A DNA stretch of 64,000 nt from a bacterium (GTDB lineage Bacteria; Patescibacteriota; Minisyncoccia; UBA6257; UBA9933), in contig JAJYHZ010000001.1 in the NCBI GenBank assembly GCA_021796335.1, positions 80,360 to 144,359 of the forward strand. Reading direction: 5' to 3'. The stretch's first letter is position 1; each line of letters starts with the position of its first letter. The position numbers and the translations under genes are program-made. The notes under the pieces are model-generated. The model was not told where the DNA came from and ran no database searches. It saw only the letters and a program-made list of their open reading frames with translations. Positions 9,252 through 18,921 of this stretch are shown here, one piece after another.

Positions 9252-10364
9252 ATGAGAATATTAGCAATCGAAACAAGCTGCGATGAAACAGCAATTGCGT
9301 TGGTTGAAGCAAAAGGCGGCATTAATCCGCCAACCGGCAGACCGCAATTTAAAATTTTGAAAAACTTGGTCGCTTCCCAGATAAAAATCCACCGGCCGTT
9401 TGGCGGCGTTGTTCCCACTATTGCAAAGCGCGAACATCTTAAAAATTTGCCGATTTTATTGAAGAAGCTGACAACTAAAAGCCAACAGCCAAAAATTGAT
9501 TTATTAGCAGTTACGGTTGGTCCCGGTCTTGAACCTGCTCTGTGGACCGGAATTAATTTCGCCGAAGATTTGCATAAACAGTTTAAAGCCATAAGCCGCA
9601 AGCCGTCAGCCATTCTCGGGGTCAGTCATCTTGACGGTCACCTCTACAGCTTTTTGTTGCAACAAAAAGCTGCAATTTCCAATTATTTCCCGGCCATTGC
9701 ATTAATTGTTTCCGGCGGACACACAACACTTATCAAAATGGATTCGCTCACAAAAATTAAATTATTGGGCGAAACTGTTGATGATGCGGCCGGTGAAGCC
9801 TTCGACAAAGTTGCGCGTTTACTGGATCTGCCTTATCCGGGTGGCCCGGAAATTGAAAAACTGGCCAAAGAGGGGAATCCTAACGCGGTTAACTTCCCCC
9901 GTCCGATGTTGAATCAGAAAAATTACAATTTTAGCTTTTCCGGCCTAAAGACGGCGGTTTTGTATTATTTGCGTGGTCATCAAAGTGAACTGAAAAATAA
10001 CAATTATGAGCTGAAAACTGATGTCGCAGCATCATTTCAGCGAGCCGCTTTTGATGTTTTGATTAAAAAGACTTTGCGTGCCGCCCGGGAATATAAAGCA
10101 AAATCTATTTTCATTTCCGGAGGAGTGGCGGCTAATAAAGCCTTGGCAAAAGAATTTAAAAAAGAAATTCGTGATATGCGACAAGTAGCGCGCAATAAGA
10201 ATCATGTAAAAAATAAATCTCATATCTCGTGGCCCATAATTCCCATATTGCTTATTACTAAATACCCGACCGACAATGCAGCCATGATCGCCGCCGCCGC
10301 TTATATCAATTACCTGCGCAAAAAGAAATATCCGCTAAAAGCCAACGGAAATCTTAATATTTAA
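9252..10364 (+). CDS. tsaD: tRNA N6-adenosine threonylcarbamoyltransferase TsaD (Kae1/Gcp family)
   Basis: MRILAIETSCDETAIALV N-terminus, metal-binding His motifs (GVSHLDGHL, SGGHTTL), C-terminal TDNAAMIA; about 20-aa insertion before the C-terminal motif. Confidence 0.85.
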   Translation: MRILAIETSCDETAIALVEAKGGINPPTGRPQFKILKNLVASQIKIHRPFGGVVPTIAKREHLKNLPILLKKLTTKSQQPKIDLLAVTVGPGLEPALWTGINFAEDLHKQFKAISRKPSAILGVSHLDGHLYSFLLQQKAAISNYFPAIALIVSGGHTTLIKMDSLTKIKLLGETVDDAAGEAFDKVARLLDLPYPGGPEIEKLAKEGNPNAVNFPRPMLNQKNYNFSFSGLKTAVLYYLRGHQSELKNNNYELKTDVAASFQRAAFDVLIKKTLRAAREYKAKSIFISGGVAANKALAKEFKKEIRDMRQVARNKNHVKNKSHISWPIIPILLITKYPTDNAAMIAAAAYINYLRKKKYPLKANGNLNI

Positions 10365-10574
10365 GATATGTGTATTTTTCGTTTGCCAATTGAAGAATTT
10401 AAAATTATAAATATAAATCTAAACCCACGCCTTAATATTTTAAAAATTATCTAATTTTTGCGCTTCTCCATAAAGAAGCATTATTATCCGCATTTTTTCG
10501 ATCATTTTTATCCCATCCATCCTGGGTTATCTTAGATTTGCTTTATTTAACAATTCGAAATACGCTTAATAAAA

Positions 10575-11657
10575 ATGTTTTCTCGGTTTTTCCAAAAATT
10601 TGATTGGTGGTTGAATCTATCCATTTTATTTTTATTCGCAGCGAGTTTAATTAGTCTGCTAAGCGCGCAGCCGCAGCTTTTTTGGAAGCAAATCATCTGG
10701 ATTATTTTAGGTTACGCTCTGGCATATTCGATAATCGCTTTCGATTGGCGGTCTTTTATTAATTATAAGGGCGTCATTCTGGGTATTTACGGATTATCTA
10801 ATTTTCTTTTGATTGTTACTTTGGTTGTCGCGCCTAACATTAACGGGCATCGCAGCTGGATTCCGATCGGCCCTTTTCAATTTCAGGCGTCGGTTTTTGC
10901 CGCACTTGCCCTGATAATCGTACTGGCGAATTTTTTCAAAAAAAAACACGCCAGTATCGCACGAATTTCCAGCTTAGCCCAATCTTTTGTTTATTTTCTA
11001 ATACCCGCCGGATTGATTCTATTGGAGAAAGATATGGGATCGACTTTGCTGCTATTTTTGATTTGGTTTGGATTCGTTCTGGTATCCGGAATTCCATGGA
11101 AAAAATTGCTTATTTTGTTTTTAATATTCGCGGTCGTGGGAACGGGAATGTGGTTTTATTTCCTTAAAGATTATCAAAAACAAAGAGTTATTGGCTTATT
11201 TTCCCCGAATAAGGACGTTTTGGGGATTAATTATAATGTTGCTCAAGCCAAAATCGCGATAGGGTCTGCCGGAGTTTTCGGGAAGGGATTCAGGCAAGGA
11301 ACTCAGGTCCAATTGGGATTTTTGCCCGAAGCTCAGACGGATTTTATTTTTTCCGCAATTATAGAAGAGTGGGGTCTGTTGGCCGGTTTCCTTATGATAG
11401 TCGCCCTCACCTCTATTATCGTACGAATCGTTTATATAGGTATGGAAGAAAGAAATAATTTTAATCGGTTCATTTGCCTGGGAACCGCCATTTTCTTTTG
11501 TGCCAGTTTTATTTTTAATACTGGATCGAACACCGGTCTGATGCCGGTTATCGGAGTGCCGTTTCCGTTTTTAAGCTATGGCGGATCGCACTTATTTATA
11601 GAGATGATGCTGGTTGGGATGGTTCAATCCGTTAAATATCGAAAAACATATGTTTGA
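10575..11657 (+). CDS. SEDS family peptidoglycan polymerase (RodA/FtsW)
   Basis: 10-TM profile and conserved loop GSAGVFGKGFRQGTQVQLGFLPEAQTDFIFSAIIEEWG. Confidence 0.8.
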   Translation: MFSRFFQKFDWWLNLSILFLFAASLISLLSAQPQLFWKQIIWIILGYALAYSIIAFDWRSFINYKGVILGIYGLSNFLLIVTLVVAPNINGHRSWIPIGPFQFQASVFAALALIIVLANFFKKKHASIARISSLAQSFVYFLIPAGLILLEKDMGSTLLLFLIWFGFVLVSGIPWKKLLILFLIFAVVGTGMWFYFLKDYQKQRVIGLFSPNKDVLGINYNVAQAKIAIGSAGVFGKGFRQGTQVQLGFLPEAQTDFIFSAIIEEWGLLAGFLMIVALTSIIVRIVYIGMEERNNFNRFICLGTAIFFCASFIFNTGSNTGLMPVIGVPFPFLSYGGSHLFIEMMLVGMVQSVKYRKTYV

Positions 11658-12639
11658 TCTTTCAAAGAAAAAGGCGGTTGTCGTTATACTATCGGGGATA
11701 GTTTTGGCCGGCCTAATTTATTTTATCTACGAATTAAGGCCGGTTTACGGGATTTCAAAAACGGAATTTAAAATAGCCCAAGGCATGGGCATCCGGGAAA
11801 TTGCTGCCAATCTTTATTCACAGAATTTGATTCACTCAAAAACGGCGTTTGAAATTTACGGCATCTTAACGGCCAAAAGCCGGTCTCTCAAACCAGGCGA
11901 ATATATTCTAAACGGGTCGATATCGGCTTCCGATTTGATTAAAATTTTTTCCGGCGGTCCCGAAGAAATCTCTGTAATCATTAGACCGGGAATGACCTTA
12001 AAGGAAATCGATAATTTACTCTATTCTGACGGAATTATTCCTGAAAACGGACTGGAAAATTATAATCTAACAAATCTGAAAACCGAGTTTTCGTTCCTGG
12101 AAAATAATAATTTAGAAGGATTTTTGTTTCCGGATACATATAAATTTTTTCCGGCTTCCGATCCGGGCGATATTTTAAAAAAGCTTCTCAAAAATTTTCA
12201 GCAAAAAGCTTATCCGGATTTATCGCAATCAAAAAATCCTTATCAAACTTTGATTTTGGCTTCAATTTTGGAAAAGGAAATTATTGACCCGAATGAACAA
12301 AAAATAGCTGCCGGAATTCTTGAAAAAAGACTGAAAATAAATATGCCACTTCAGGTTGATTCGTCCGTTATTTACGCCGTTTGTCGGGGGAAATATTCGA
12401 ATTGTCCGCCTCTTTCCTCGTCCGACTATCAAACTAATTCGCCTTTTAACACTTATAAATTTAAAGGATTGCCGCCGGCGCCGATTTCCAATCCTGGCCT
12501 TCAGGCCATAATCGCCGCCGCCAATCCGCAAAAATCCGATTATCTGTATTATCTTTCCGATCCCAAAACTAAAAAAACAATTTTCAGCCGCACCCTTGAA
12601 GAACAAAACAAAAACCGCGTGAATTACTTAAATTTGTAA
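11650..12639 (+). CDS. mltG: endolytic murein transglycosylase MltG (YceG family); ORF track extends to 11614
   Basis: N-terminal TM helix then YceG-like domain with GLPPAPISNPG motif; ATG at 11650 overlaps the SEDS stop by 8 nt. Confidence 0.75.
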   Translation: MFDLSKKKAVVVILSGIVLAGLIYFIYELRPVYGISKTEFKIAQGMGIREIAANLYSQNLIHSKTAFEIYGILTAKSRSLKPGEYILNGSISASDLIKIFSGGPEEISVIIRPGMTLKEIDNLLYSDGIIPENGLENYNLTNLKTEFSFLENNNLEGFLFPDTYKFFPASDPGDILKKLLKNFQQKAYPDLSQSKNPYQTLILASILEKEIIDPNEQKIAAGILEKRLKINMPLQVDSSVIYAVCRGKYSNCPPLSSSDYQTNSPFNTYKFKGLPPAPISNPGLQAIIAAANPQKSDYLYYLSDPKTKKTIFSRTLEEQNKNRVNYLNL

Positions 12640-12668
12640 ATTTTTTGCCACTTTAATAAAATATAAAA

Positions 12669-13034
12669 ATGATCAAACGACTTCATTCAAATCTATTTTT
12701 GGTAAGTAATTTGAAAAACACGGCTGAATTCTATGAGAAATTGGGATTTTCTATTCAAAAAACATCAGATGCTGTCCGTATTAAAATAGGCGATTTTACC
12801 TTGGCTTTTATGGATGAAAAACAAGCCACAATCACAAACGAATCAGGTGCGAGTTTAAAAGGCTTGGGAATTTATACATATATTGAAGTTGATGATGCGG
12901 ATAAATACTATGAATTTACTAAAAATAAGAATATTCATTCCACTGAACCGAAAACTTGGCCTTGGGGAAAACGAGAATTTGTAATCAAAGACCCTGATGG
13001 ATATAAATTGGTTTTCTATTCGTCCATAAAATAA
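12669..13034 (+). CDS. VOC/glyoxalase-bleomycin resistance family protein
   Basis: 121-aa two-beta-alpha-beta-beta-beta fold signature (KLGFS...GIYTYIEVDDADKYY...REFVIKDPDGYKLVF). Confidence 0.55.
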   Translation: MIKRLHSNLFLVSNLKNTAEFYEKLGFSIQKTSDAVRIKIGDFTLAFMDEKQATITNESGASLKGLGIYTYIEVDDADKYYEFTKNKNIHSTEPKTWPWGKREFVIKDPDGYKLVFYSSIK

Positions 13035-13174
13035 AACGATCGTTATATTGGTTGTAGGCTGTTGTGGCTCGTGATATTATTATTAAAATAATTAAGAGGA
13101 GGTAAAATATGAAATGAGAGATGTAACACTTTGTTTAATATATGATTTAGATAAAGAAGAAATTAATTCTTGCC

Positions 13175-13513
13175 ATGAAAAAACGCGGTTTTGGTGCCGG
13201 TTGGTATAATGGTTATGGTGGAAAACCTGAGCCGGGCGAAACCATAATTCAGACCGCAATTCGTGAATTTAATCAGGAAAGTGGGTCTTTAACTTGGCCA
13301 GATGCTTTGGAAAAAATTGCGGAAATAAAATTTACTTTCATTGACAATCCCGACTGGGATCAGTGCGTGCACGTTTATAAAGTTCTTTGCCACGAAGGTG
13401 AACCGGAGGAAACAGAAGAAATGACATCGGAAAAATTTAAATTTTCCGAAATCCCTTGGGATAGAATGTGGCCGGCGGATCGTCACTGGATTCCCATGGT
13501 GCTCAAAGGTTAA
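13175..13513 (+). CDS. NUDIX hydrolase (3' portion; N-terminal beta-strands are encoded in another frame starting at 13114)
   Basis: Nudix box GGKPEPGETIIQTAIREFNQESG; frame-1 ORF 13114.. encodes MRDVTLCLIYDLDK, which would complete the fold. See findings. Confidence 0.55.
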   Translation: MKKRGFGAGWYNGYGGKPEPGETIIQTAIREFNQESGSLTWPDALEKIAEIKFTFIDNPDWDQCVHVYKVLCHEGEPEETEEMTSEKFKFSEIPWDRMWPADRHWIPMVLKG

Positions 13514-13706
13514 AAGGTTAAAGGTTGGGTGCATTTTAAAGGAAAGGGAGAATTGGAATCATATCACTTTGATCCTATTGAGAATTTTTAATGCGACTAA
13601 GCGAGGAGTAAAATGCAAAAAAATTTTATTTTTTCATTTTGGATGAGCAATGCCGGATAAAGAGTTTCTTTGACTCTTTAAGGAGCCGATTTCCCGACCC
13701 TTTTTT

Positions 13707-13742
13707 AATCGTATATCTTGACGATCGTCAAGATATACGATT
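13707..13742. repeat. 36-bp perfect palindrome AATCGTATATCTTGACGATCGTCAAGATATACGATT (copy 1)
   Basis: exact inverted repeat; identical copy with identical short flanks at 50642..50677. Confidence 0.9.
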
Positions 13743-13799
13743 ATTCCGAATAGTGTAATGTTTTGTTGAAAATAAAAAAATGATTTATAATTCATCACA

Positions 13800-15323
13800 A
13801 TGATCACGATCCAAAACCTTTTCGATCCGTCTAATTACTTTTTTAATATTTATGCGGTTTTCAGTTTTGTAACTGCATTGGTAGTTATTTCTTTTGGATT
13901 CTGGATTCTTTATCATAACCCTAAAGGGGAAAAAAATAGAGCATTTTTTGGGGTGACTTTTTTTCCTTTTATTTGGCAGATTTTTGAAGCTATAACTTAT
14001 TCATCCAGGAATCCCGACATTGCCTTTTTTTGGTATAAAAATTTTGCTTATACCGGCGTATTTTACATTTCTGCGGCGGTTTTCTTTTTCAGCACGGTTT
14101 GGTCGGAAAAAATATATCGAAAATCAAAAAAAATAGTCTATTTTTTTTATGGCTTTTTAACAGTGCTTGCGCTTATTAATATTTTTGACGAACATTCGGT
14201 CTTCTCCGGAGTAAGATGGCATTTTTACGGATATTATGTCGTATTTACGCCTTTGGGTATTGTATTTTTGGGGTTATGGTTTATTCCTTTAATTTGGGCT
14301 TTTTATAATTTATACGAGTCATTCAAAGAAGCCGAATCTTCTCTTGTCAAAAATCAAATCAAATTGTTAAACATAGGCCTTTTAATAGCCTATCTTGGAG
14401 TAGTTGATTATCTTCCCGCTATTATACATCAAGAGATATATACGGGAGTCGGTTATACAACAATTATTATTTTGGTATTTATGTGGGGGTACACCATTAT
14501 CCACTATCGGGTTATGGAGATAGAAACAGTAATCCATAAAACCATTTTATGGATAATAAGTTCCGTTGTCATAGTCATCCCTTTATTTTTTATAATATAC
14601 TTTTCTTTCGGTTACTTGAAAAATCTTACTGCCGGAATCGTTGCGTTAATAAGCTTGGTATTGTTTTATGTTTTTAGATGGTATAACGACACTCTTCAGC
14701 CCCGCATTAACCATTTCTTCAGAAGAAGATCATATGATTATTATGAAAATCTTGTCAGTGTGATAGAAGAAATCTCCACAAGTTTGGATTTGGAAGAAGT
14801 TCTCTATAATCTGTCAGATAGTATTTTTAAGGCTTTTTATCCCCAGTATTCCAATATTTATCTTAATACGGAAAACGGTTTCGTTTCGCATTCTGGCAAT
14901 CTTGAAAACGTAATTATTCCATATGGTACTTCCTTGTATAATTTTTTCGACGAAAGCAAAAAAGCTGTCGATATAAACGAGCTAGAAAGTCTCTCTAATC
15001 CAAATTTGAAACAAGAAATTCTGACCCTTGCAAAAAATAATAACATAGTTCTTTTTATTCCCTTTGTCCTGAAAGGAAAAGTCATCGGCCTTTTGGCTTT
15101 GGGCAAAAAATCTAATTTGAATCCATATACCATGAAAGATATGGAATTGCTCGAACAGCTGGGGATTCAGGCAAGTATTCCTCTCTATAACGCCGTTCAT
15201 CATGAAGAATTGGATAAAGCGGTTATGCTTCGGGAACAAAAACTGAAGGAACAGCTGAGAACTATTTTGGCCGACAAATCCCGGCCCCTTGACGATAAAC
15301 TAGATGAGTTTGATAGATTATAA
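13800..15323 (+). CDS. polytopic membrane protein with cytoplasmic C-terminal domain (7TM-receptor-like sensor, GAF-like tail)
   Basis: about 12 hydrophobic helices over 300 aa then a soluble about 200-aa domain; no kinase or GGDEF output recognised. Confidence 0.4.
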   Translation: MITIQNLFDPSNYFFNIYAVFSFVTALVVISFGFWILYHNPKGEKNRAFFGVTFFPFIWQIFEAITYSSRNPDIAFFWYKNFAYTGVFYISAAVFFFSTVWSEKIYRKSKKIVYFFYGFLTVLALINIFDEHSVFSGVRWHFYGYYVVFTPLGIVFLGLWFIPLIWAFYNLYESFKEAESSLVKNQIKLLNIGLLIAYLGVVDYLPAIIHQEIYTGVGYTTIIILVFMWGYTIIHYRVMEIETVIHKTILWIISSVVIVIPLFFIIYFSFGYLKNLTAGIVALISLVLFYVFRWYNDTLQPRINHFFRRRSYDYYENLVSVIEEISTSLDLEEVLYNLSDSIFKAFYPQYSNIYLNTENGFVSHSGNLENVIIPYGTSLYNFFDESKKAVDINELESLSNPNLKQEILTLAKNNNIVLFIPFVLKGKVIGLLALGKKSNLNPYTMKDMELLEQLGIQASIPLYNAVHHEELDKAVMLREQKLKEQLRTILADKSRPLDDKLDEFDRL

Positions 15324-15395
15324 ATTCAATCGCCCGAATCACTCGAAATTTTATATAAATTCAATCAAATTTCCGAAGGTTATCCACAAAACCTC

Positions 15396-15423
15396 TTGAC
15401 AATAATTTTAGGGGCGCTATTAT
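15396..15423 (+). promoter_or_regulatory. sigma70-like promoter TTGACA-16-TATTAT upstream of rpoB
   Basis: consensus -35 hexamer and near-consensus -10 with 16-nt spacer, about 250 nt upstream of rpoB. Confidence 0.5.
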
Positions 15424-15671
15424 TAAAAAATAACAAATGGAATAATCCAGCCAATAAAAAGCCGTAAAAAACTCGGAAGAGTTGTTTTTTTCTCGTCTAA
15501 ATCCACTCGCAAATAATTTTTCATTCCATTTTAAATAATTATTAAGTTACGCGGCCGCAAACTTTAAGTCGATTTTAAAACTAAATTAATAAACTTTATT
15601 GGTGTTGGTTAGCATACGCTACTCTTAGTCCTCTGACGACTAAAGACTAACGACTAATTAACTATTTCGTC

Positions 15672-18600
15672 ATGAATAAAAAATTGCCAGTCAAAGTGTT
15701 TTCATCTCATCCCGGAGCTTTTATTCAGCAGCCGTTTTTGGCAAAAATTCAGCAAGACTCATGGGATTGGTTTGTTAAAAAAGGCCTTCGGGAACTGTTT
15801 GATGAGATTTCTCCTATCAAGGATTATACCGGTAATGAAATTGAACTTTACTTTTCGGATTATTATTTTGATGAGCCTCGCTATGACGAAGAAACTTCAA
15901 GGTTAAAGGGTTTGACGTATGAAGCGCCTTTACGCGTAAAGGTAAAACTGGTTAACCATAAAAGCGGCGAAACAAAAGAACAGGAAGTCTACTTGGGCGA
16001 TTTCCCGATTATGACCAGCCGTTACACGTTTATTTTAAACGGCGTGGAAAGGGTAATGGTTTCCCAGCTTATCCGATCAAGCGGCGTTTACTTCACGTCC
16101 AATATTTCCCGTGGCCGGCAATATTTCGGTGCTAAAATTATTCCGAATCGCGGAAGCTGGCTTGAATTCGAAACCGAACAAGATGGCAATATCATCGTAA
16201 AAATCGACCGCCACAGGAAAACCCCGGTCACCGATCTTTTAAGAATTTTTAAAAAAGACGGTCATGCGCTTGATACGAATGAAAAAATTTTAAAAGAATT
16301 CACTTCTATTGATAATGGACAAATAAAATTTATCGAAGCCACCTTAAAGAAAGACTCCGCCAAGACTCCTTTGGAGTCGTATTTGGAAATTTATAAAAGA
16401 TTACGGCCCGGCGATTTAGCAACGCCTGAAAACGCCCAGAGTTTGATTGACTCCATGTTCAAAAGAGCCGATCGCTACAGCTTATCTCGCGTCGGACGGT
16501 TTAAAATAAATCAAAGGCTTGATTTGGAAAAAAAGAAGGAGCCGACTCTGTTGGATTTGGAAGATCTAATCGCGATAGTCAGAGAAATTATCCGTTTGAA
16601 CAATACGCCAAACGCCATGCCGGATGACATTGATCATTTGGGAAATCGCCGCATTCGCGCGGTCGGAGAACTGCTGCAAAGTAGGCTTTACGTTGGCTTC
16701 GCCCGAATGAGAAGGAATATTCAAGATAAAATCTCGACAACAGAATCGGAAATTTTGTCTCCGATGCAGCTAATCAACGGACGCCCGCTGGTTGCGATTA
16801 TGAGGGAATTTTTAAGCTCGTCTCAACTTTCCCAATTTATGGATCAAACCAACCCATTGGCTGAAACCGAACATAAAAGAAGGTTATCGCTTCTTGGGCC
16901 GGGCGGACTTACCCGTGAACATGCTGGTTTTGAAGTTCGCGATGTTCATCCTTCCCATTACGGAAGAATTTGTCCCGTAGAAACTCCGGAGGGGCAGGGA
17001 ATTGGCTTGGTTAATCACTTGTCGAATTACGCGCGGATTAACGAGCTTGGGTTCATGGAAACTCCGTATGCCCGGGTTAATAAAGGAAAAGTCGATTCCA
17101 AAGATGTCATTTGGATGAACGCCATTGAAGAAGAAAAATATAAAATCGCGCACGGCGGGTTAAGACTTGATGACCAACTGCATATTGTTGATAAAATTGT
17201 CGAAGCGCGCGTCAAAGGAGAACCAAGGACGATTTCGAAAGACGAAGTTGAATTTATCGATATTGCCCATAATCAGTTGGTTAGCACCGCCACTTCGCTT
17301 ATTCCGTTCTTGGAGCACGATGCCGTTAACCGCGCTCTTATGGGATCAAACATGCAAAGGCAGGCCGTTCCAACTCTTAAACCGCAAGTTCCTTTGGTTG
17401 GAACCGGCATTGAAGAAAAAATCGCTCAAGATTCCTTGCGTGTCGTAATCGCAGCCGGCGACGGCGAAATTGCCGAAGCCGATGCCAATCATATTGTATT
17501 TAAATCGAAGAGCGGCGAAACAAAAGAGCACAATCTTTATAAATTCCAAAGATCGAATCAATACTCCTGTATTTCACAAAAAATTCTGGTTAAAAAGGGA
17601 GATAAGATTAAAAAAGGAGACATTTTAGTCGATGGCCCTTCCACCGATAACGGCGCTTTGGCTCTTGGTCAAAACTTGCTTGTCGCTTTTATGTCCTGGG
17701 AAGGAGGAAATTTCGAAGATGCCATTATCCTTTCCGAAAGAGTCGTTAGAAACGACATTTTCTCGTCCATTCATATAAAGGATTTTTATGCGGATGTTCG
17801 CGATACCAAACTTGGACCCGAAATGACCACTAATGATATTCCCAATGTTTCCGAAGAAAAATTAAGAAATCTTGATGAAGAAGGCATTATTCGCGTCGGC
17901 GCCGAGGTAAAAGCGGGCGATATTCTGGTTGGTAAAGTTTCTCCAAAGGGCGAGACTGAACTGACTGCCGAAGAAAAATTGCTTCGCGCGATTTTCGAAG
18001 AAAAAGCCCGCGACGTTAAAGATACTTCGCTTGTTTTGCCGCACGGTGAAGAGGGCAGAATCATCGGAGTAAAAATATTCTCGCGCGACCACGGCGATAA
18101 ACTTGAACCTGGCGTTATTAAAAGAATTCAGATCGAAGTCGCCCAGATTAAAAAAGTTCAGGCCGGCGACAAATTAGCCGGACGGCACGGAAATAAAGGT
18201 GTTATTTCCCAGATTAGGCCGGTTGAGGATATGCCGTTTCTTGAAGACGGAACTCCGGTTGATATAATTCTTAATCCGCTGGGTGTAACATCCCGTATTA
18301 ATCTGGGACAGATTTTGGAAACTCACTTAGGACTGGCCGCCCGCAAACTCGGTTATCGTGCGGTTACTCCGGTTTTCGTCGGGGCCACCGAAGAAACAAT
18401 TAAAGAAGAATTAAAAAAAGCCGGTTATCCGGAAAACGGAAAACTTGATCTTTACGACGGCCGAACCGGCATGAAATTTCCTCAACCAATTACGGTTGGA
18501 ATCATTTACATGATGAAACTTGTTCACTTGGTTGAAGATAAAATCCATATGCGCGCAACCGGACCATACTCCTTGATTACCCAGCAGCCGCTGGGCGGTA

Positions 18601-18914
18601 AGGCGCAATTCGGAGGGCAGAGATTCGGAGAAATGGAAGTATGGGCTCTTGAAGGTTATGGCGCGGCTTATACTTTGCAGGAAATGCTGACTATCAAATC
18701 CGATGACGTTTTCGGCCGCGCTGCGACATTTGAAGATATTATCCGCGGCGAAAAAATAAAAAATCCGAATATCCCGTCTGCCTTCAATGTTTTAGTTAAT
18801 GAAATTAAAGCCATGGCGCTTGATGTTGAGGTCAACCAAAAGGAAGAGCCCAGAGAAAAACCGGCAGAAAAAATTAAAAGGGACGAAGTAGAAGAAATAA
18901 AAACTAATCGCTAA
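15672..18914 (+). CDS. rpoB: DNA-directed RNA polymerase subunit beta
   Basis: 1080 aa; conserved blocks such as GDKLAGRHGNKGVIS and NIGQILETHLG-like region. Confidence 0.95.
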   Translation: MNKKLPVKVFSSHPGAFIQQPFLAKIQQDSWDWFVKKGLRELFDEISPIKDYTGNEIELYFSDYYFDEPRYDEETSRLKGLTYEAPLRVKVKLVNHKSGETKEQEVYLGDFPIMTSRYTFILNGVERVMVSQLIRSSGVYFTSNISRGRQYFGAKIIPNRGSWLEFETEQDGNIIVKIDRHRKTPVTDLLRIFKKDGHALDTNEKILKEFTSIDNGQIKFIEATLKKDSAKTPLESYLEIYKRLRPGDLATPENAQSLIDSMFKRADRYSLSRVGRFKINQRLDLEKKKEPTLLDLEDLIAIVREIIRLNNTPNAMPDDIDHLGNRRIRAVGELLQSRLYVGFARMRRNIQDKISTTESEILSPMQLINGRPLVAIMREFLSSSQLSQFMDQTNPLAETEHKRRLSLLGPGGLTREHAGFEVRDVHPSHYGRICPVETPEGQGIGLVNHLSNYARINELGFMETPYARVNKGKVDSKDVIWMNAIEEEKYKIAHGGLRLDDQLHIVDKIVEARVKGEPRTISKDEVEFIDIAHNQLVSTATSLIPFLEHDAVNRALMGSNMQRQAVPTLKPQVPLVGTGIEEKIAQDSLRVVIAAGDGEIAEADANHIVFKSKSGETKEHNLYKFQRSNQYSCISQKILVKKGDKIKKGDILVDGPSTDNGALALGQNLLVAFMSWEGGNFEDAIILSERVVRNDIFSSIHIKDFYADVRDTKLGPEMTTNDIPNVSEEKLRNLDEEGIIRVGAEVKAGDILVGKVSPKGETELTAEEKLLRAIFEEKARDVKDTSLVLPHGEEGRIIGVKIFSRDHGDKLEPGVIKRIQIEVAQIKKVQAGDKLAGRHGNKGVISQIRPVEDMPFLEDGTPVDIILNPLGVTSRINLGQILETHLGLAARKLGYRAVTPVFVGATEETIKEELKKAGYPENGKLDLYDGRTGMKFPQPITVGIIYMMKLVHLVEDKIHMRATGPYSLITQQPLGGKAQFGGQRFGEMEVWALEGYGAAYTLQEMLTIKSDDVFGRAATFEDIIRGEKIKNPNIPSAFNVLVNEIKAMALDVEVNQKEEPREKPAEKIKRDEVEEIKTNR

Positions 18915-18921
18915 TCGCTAA

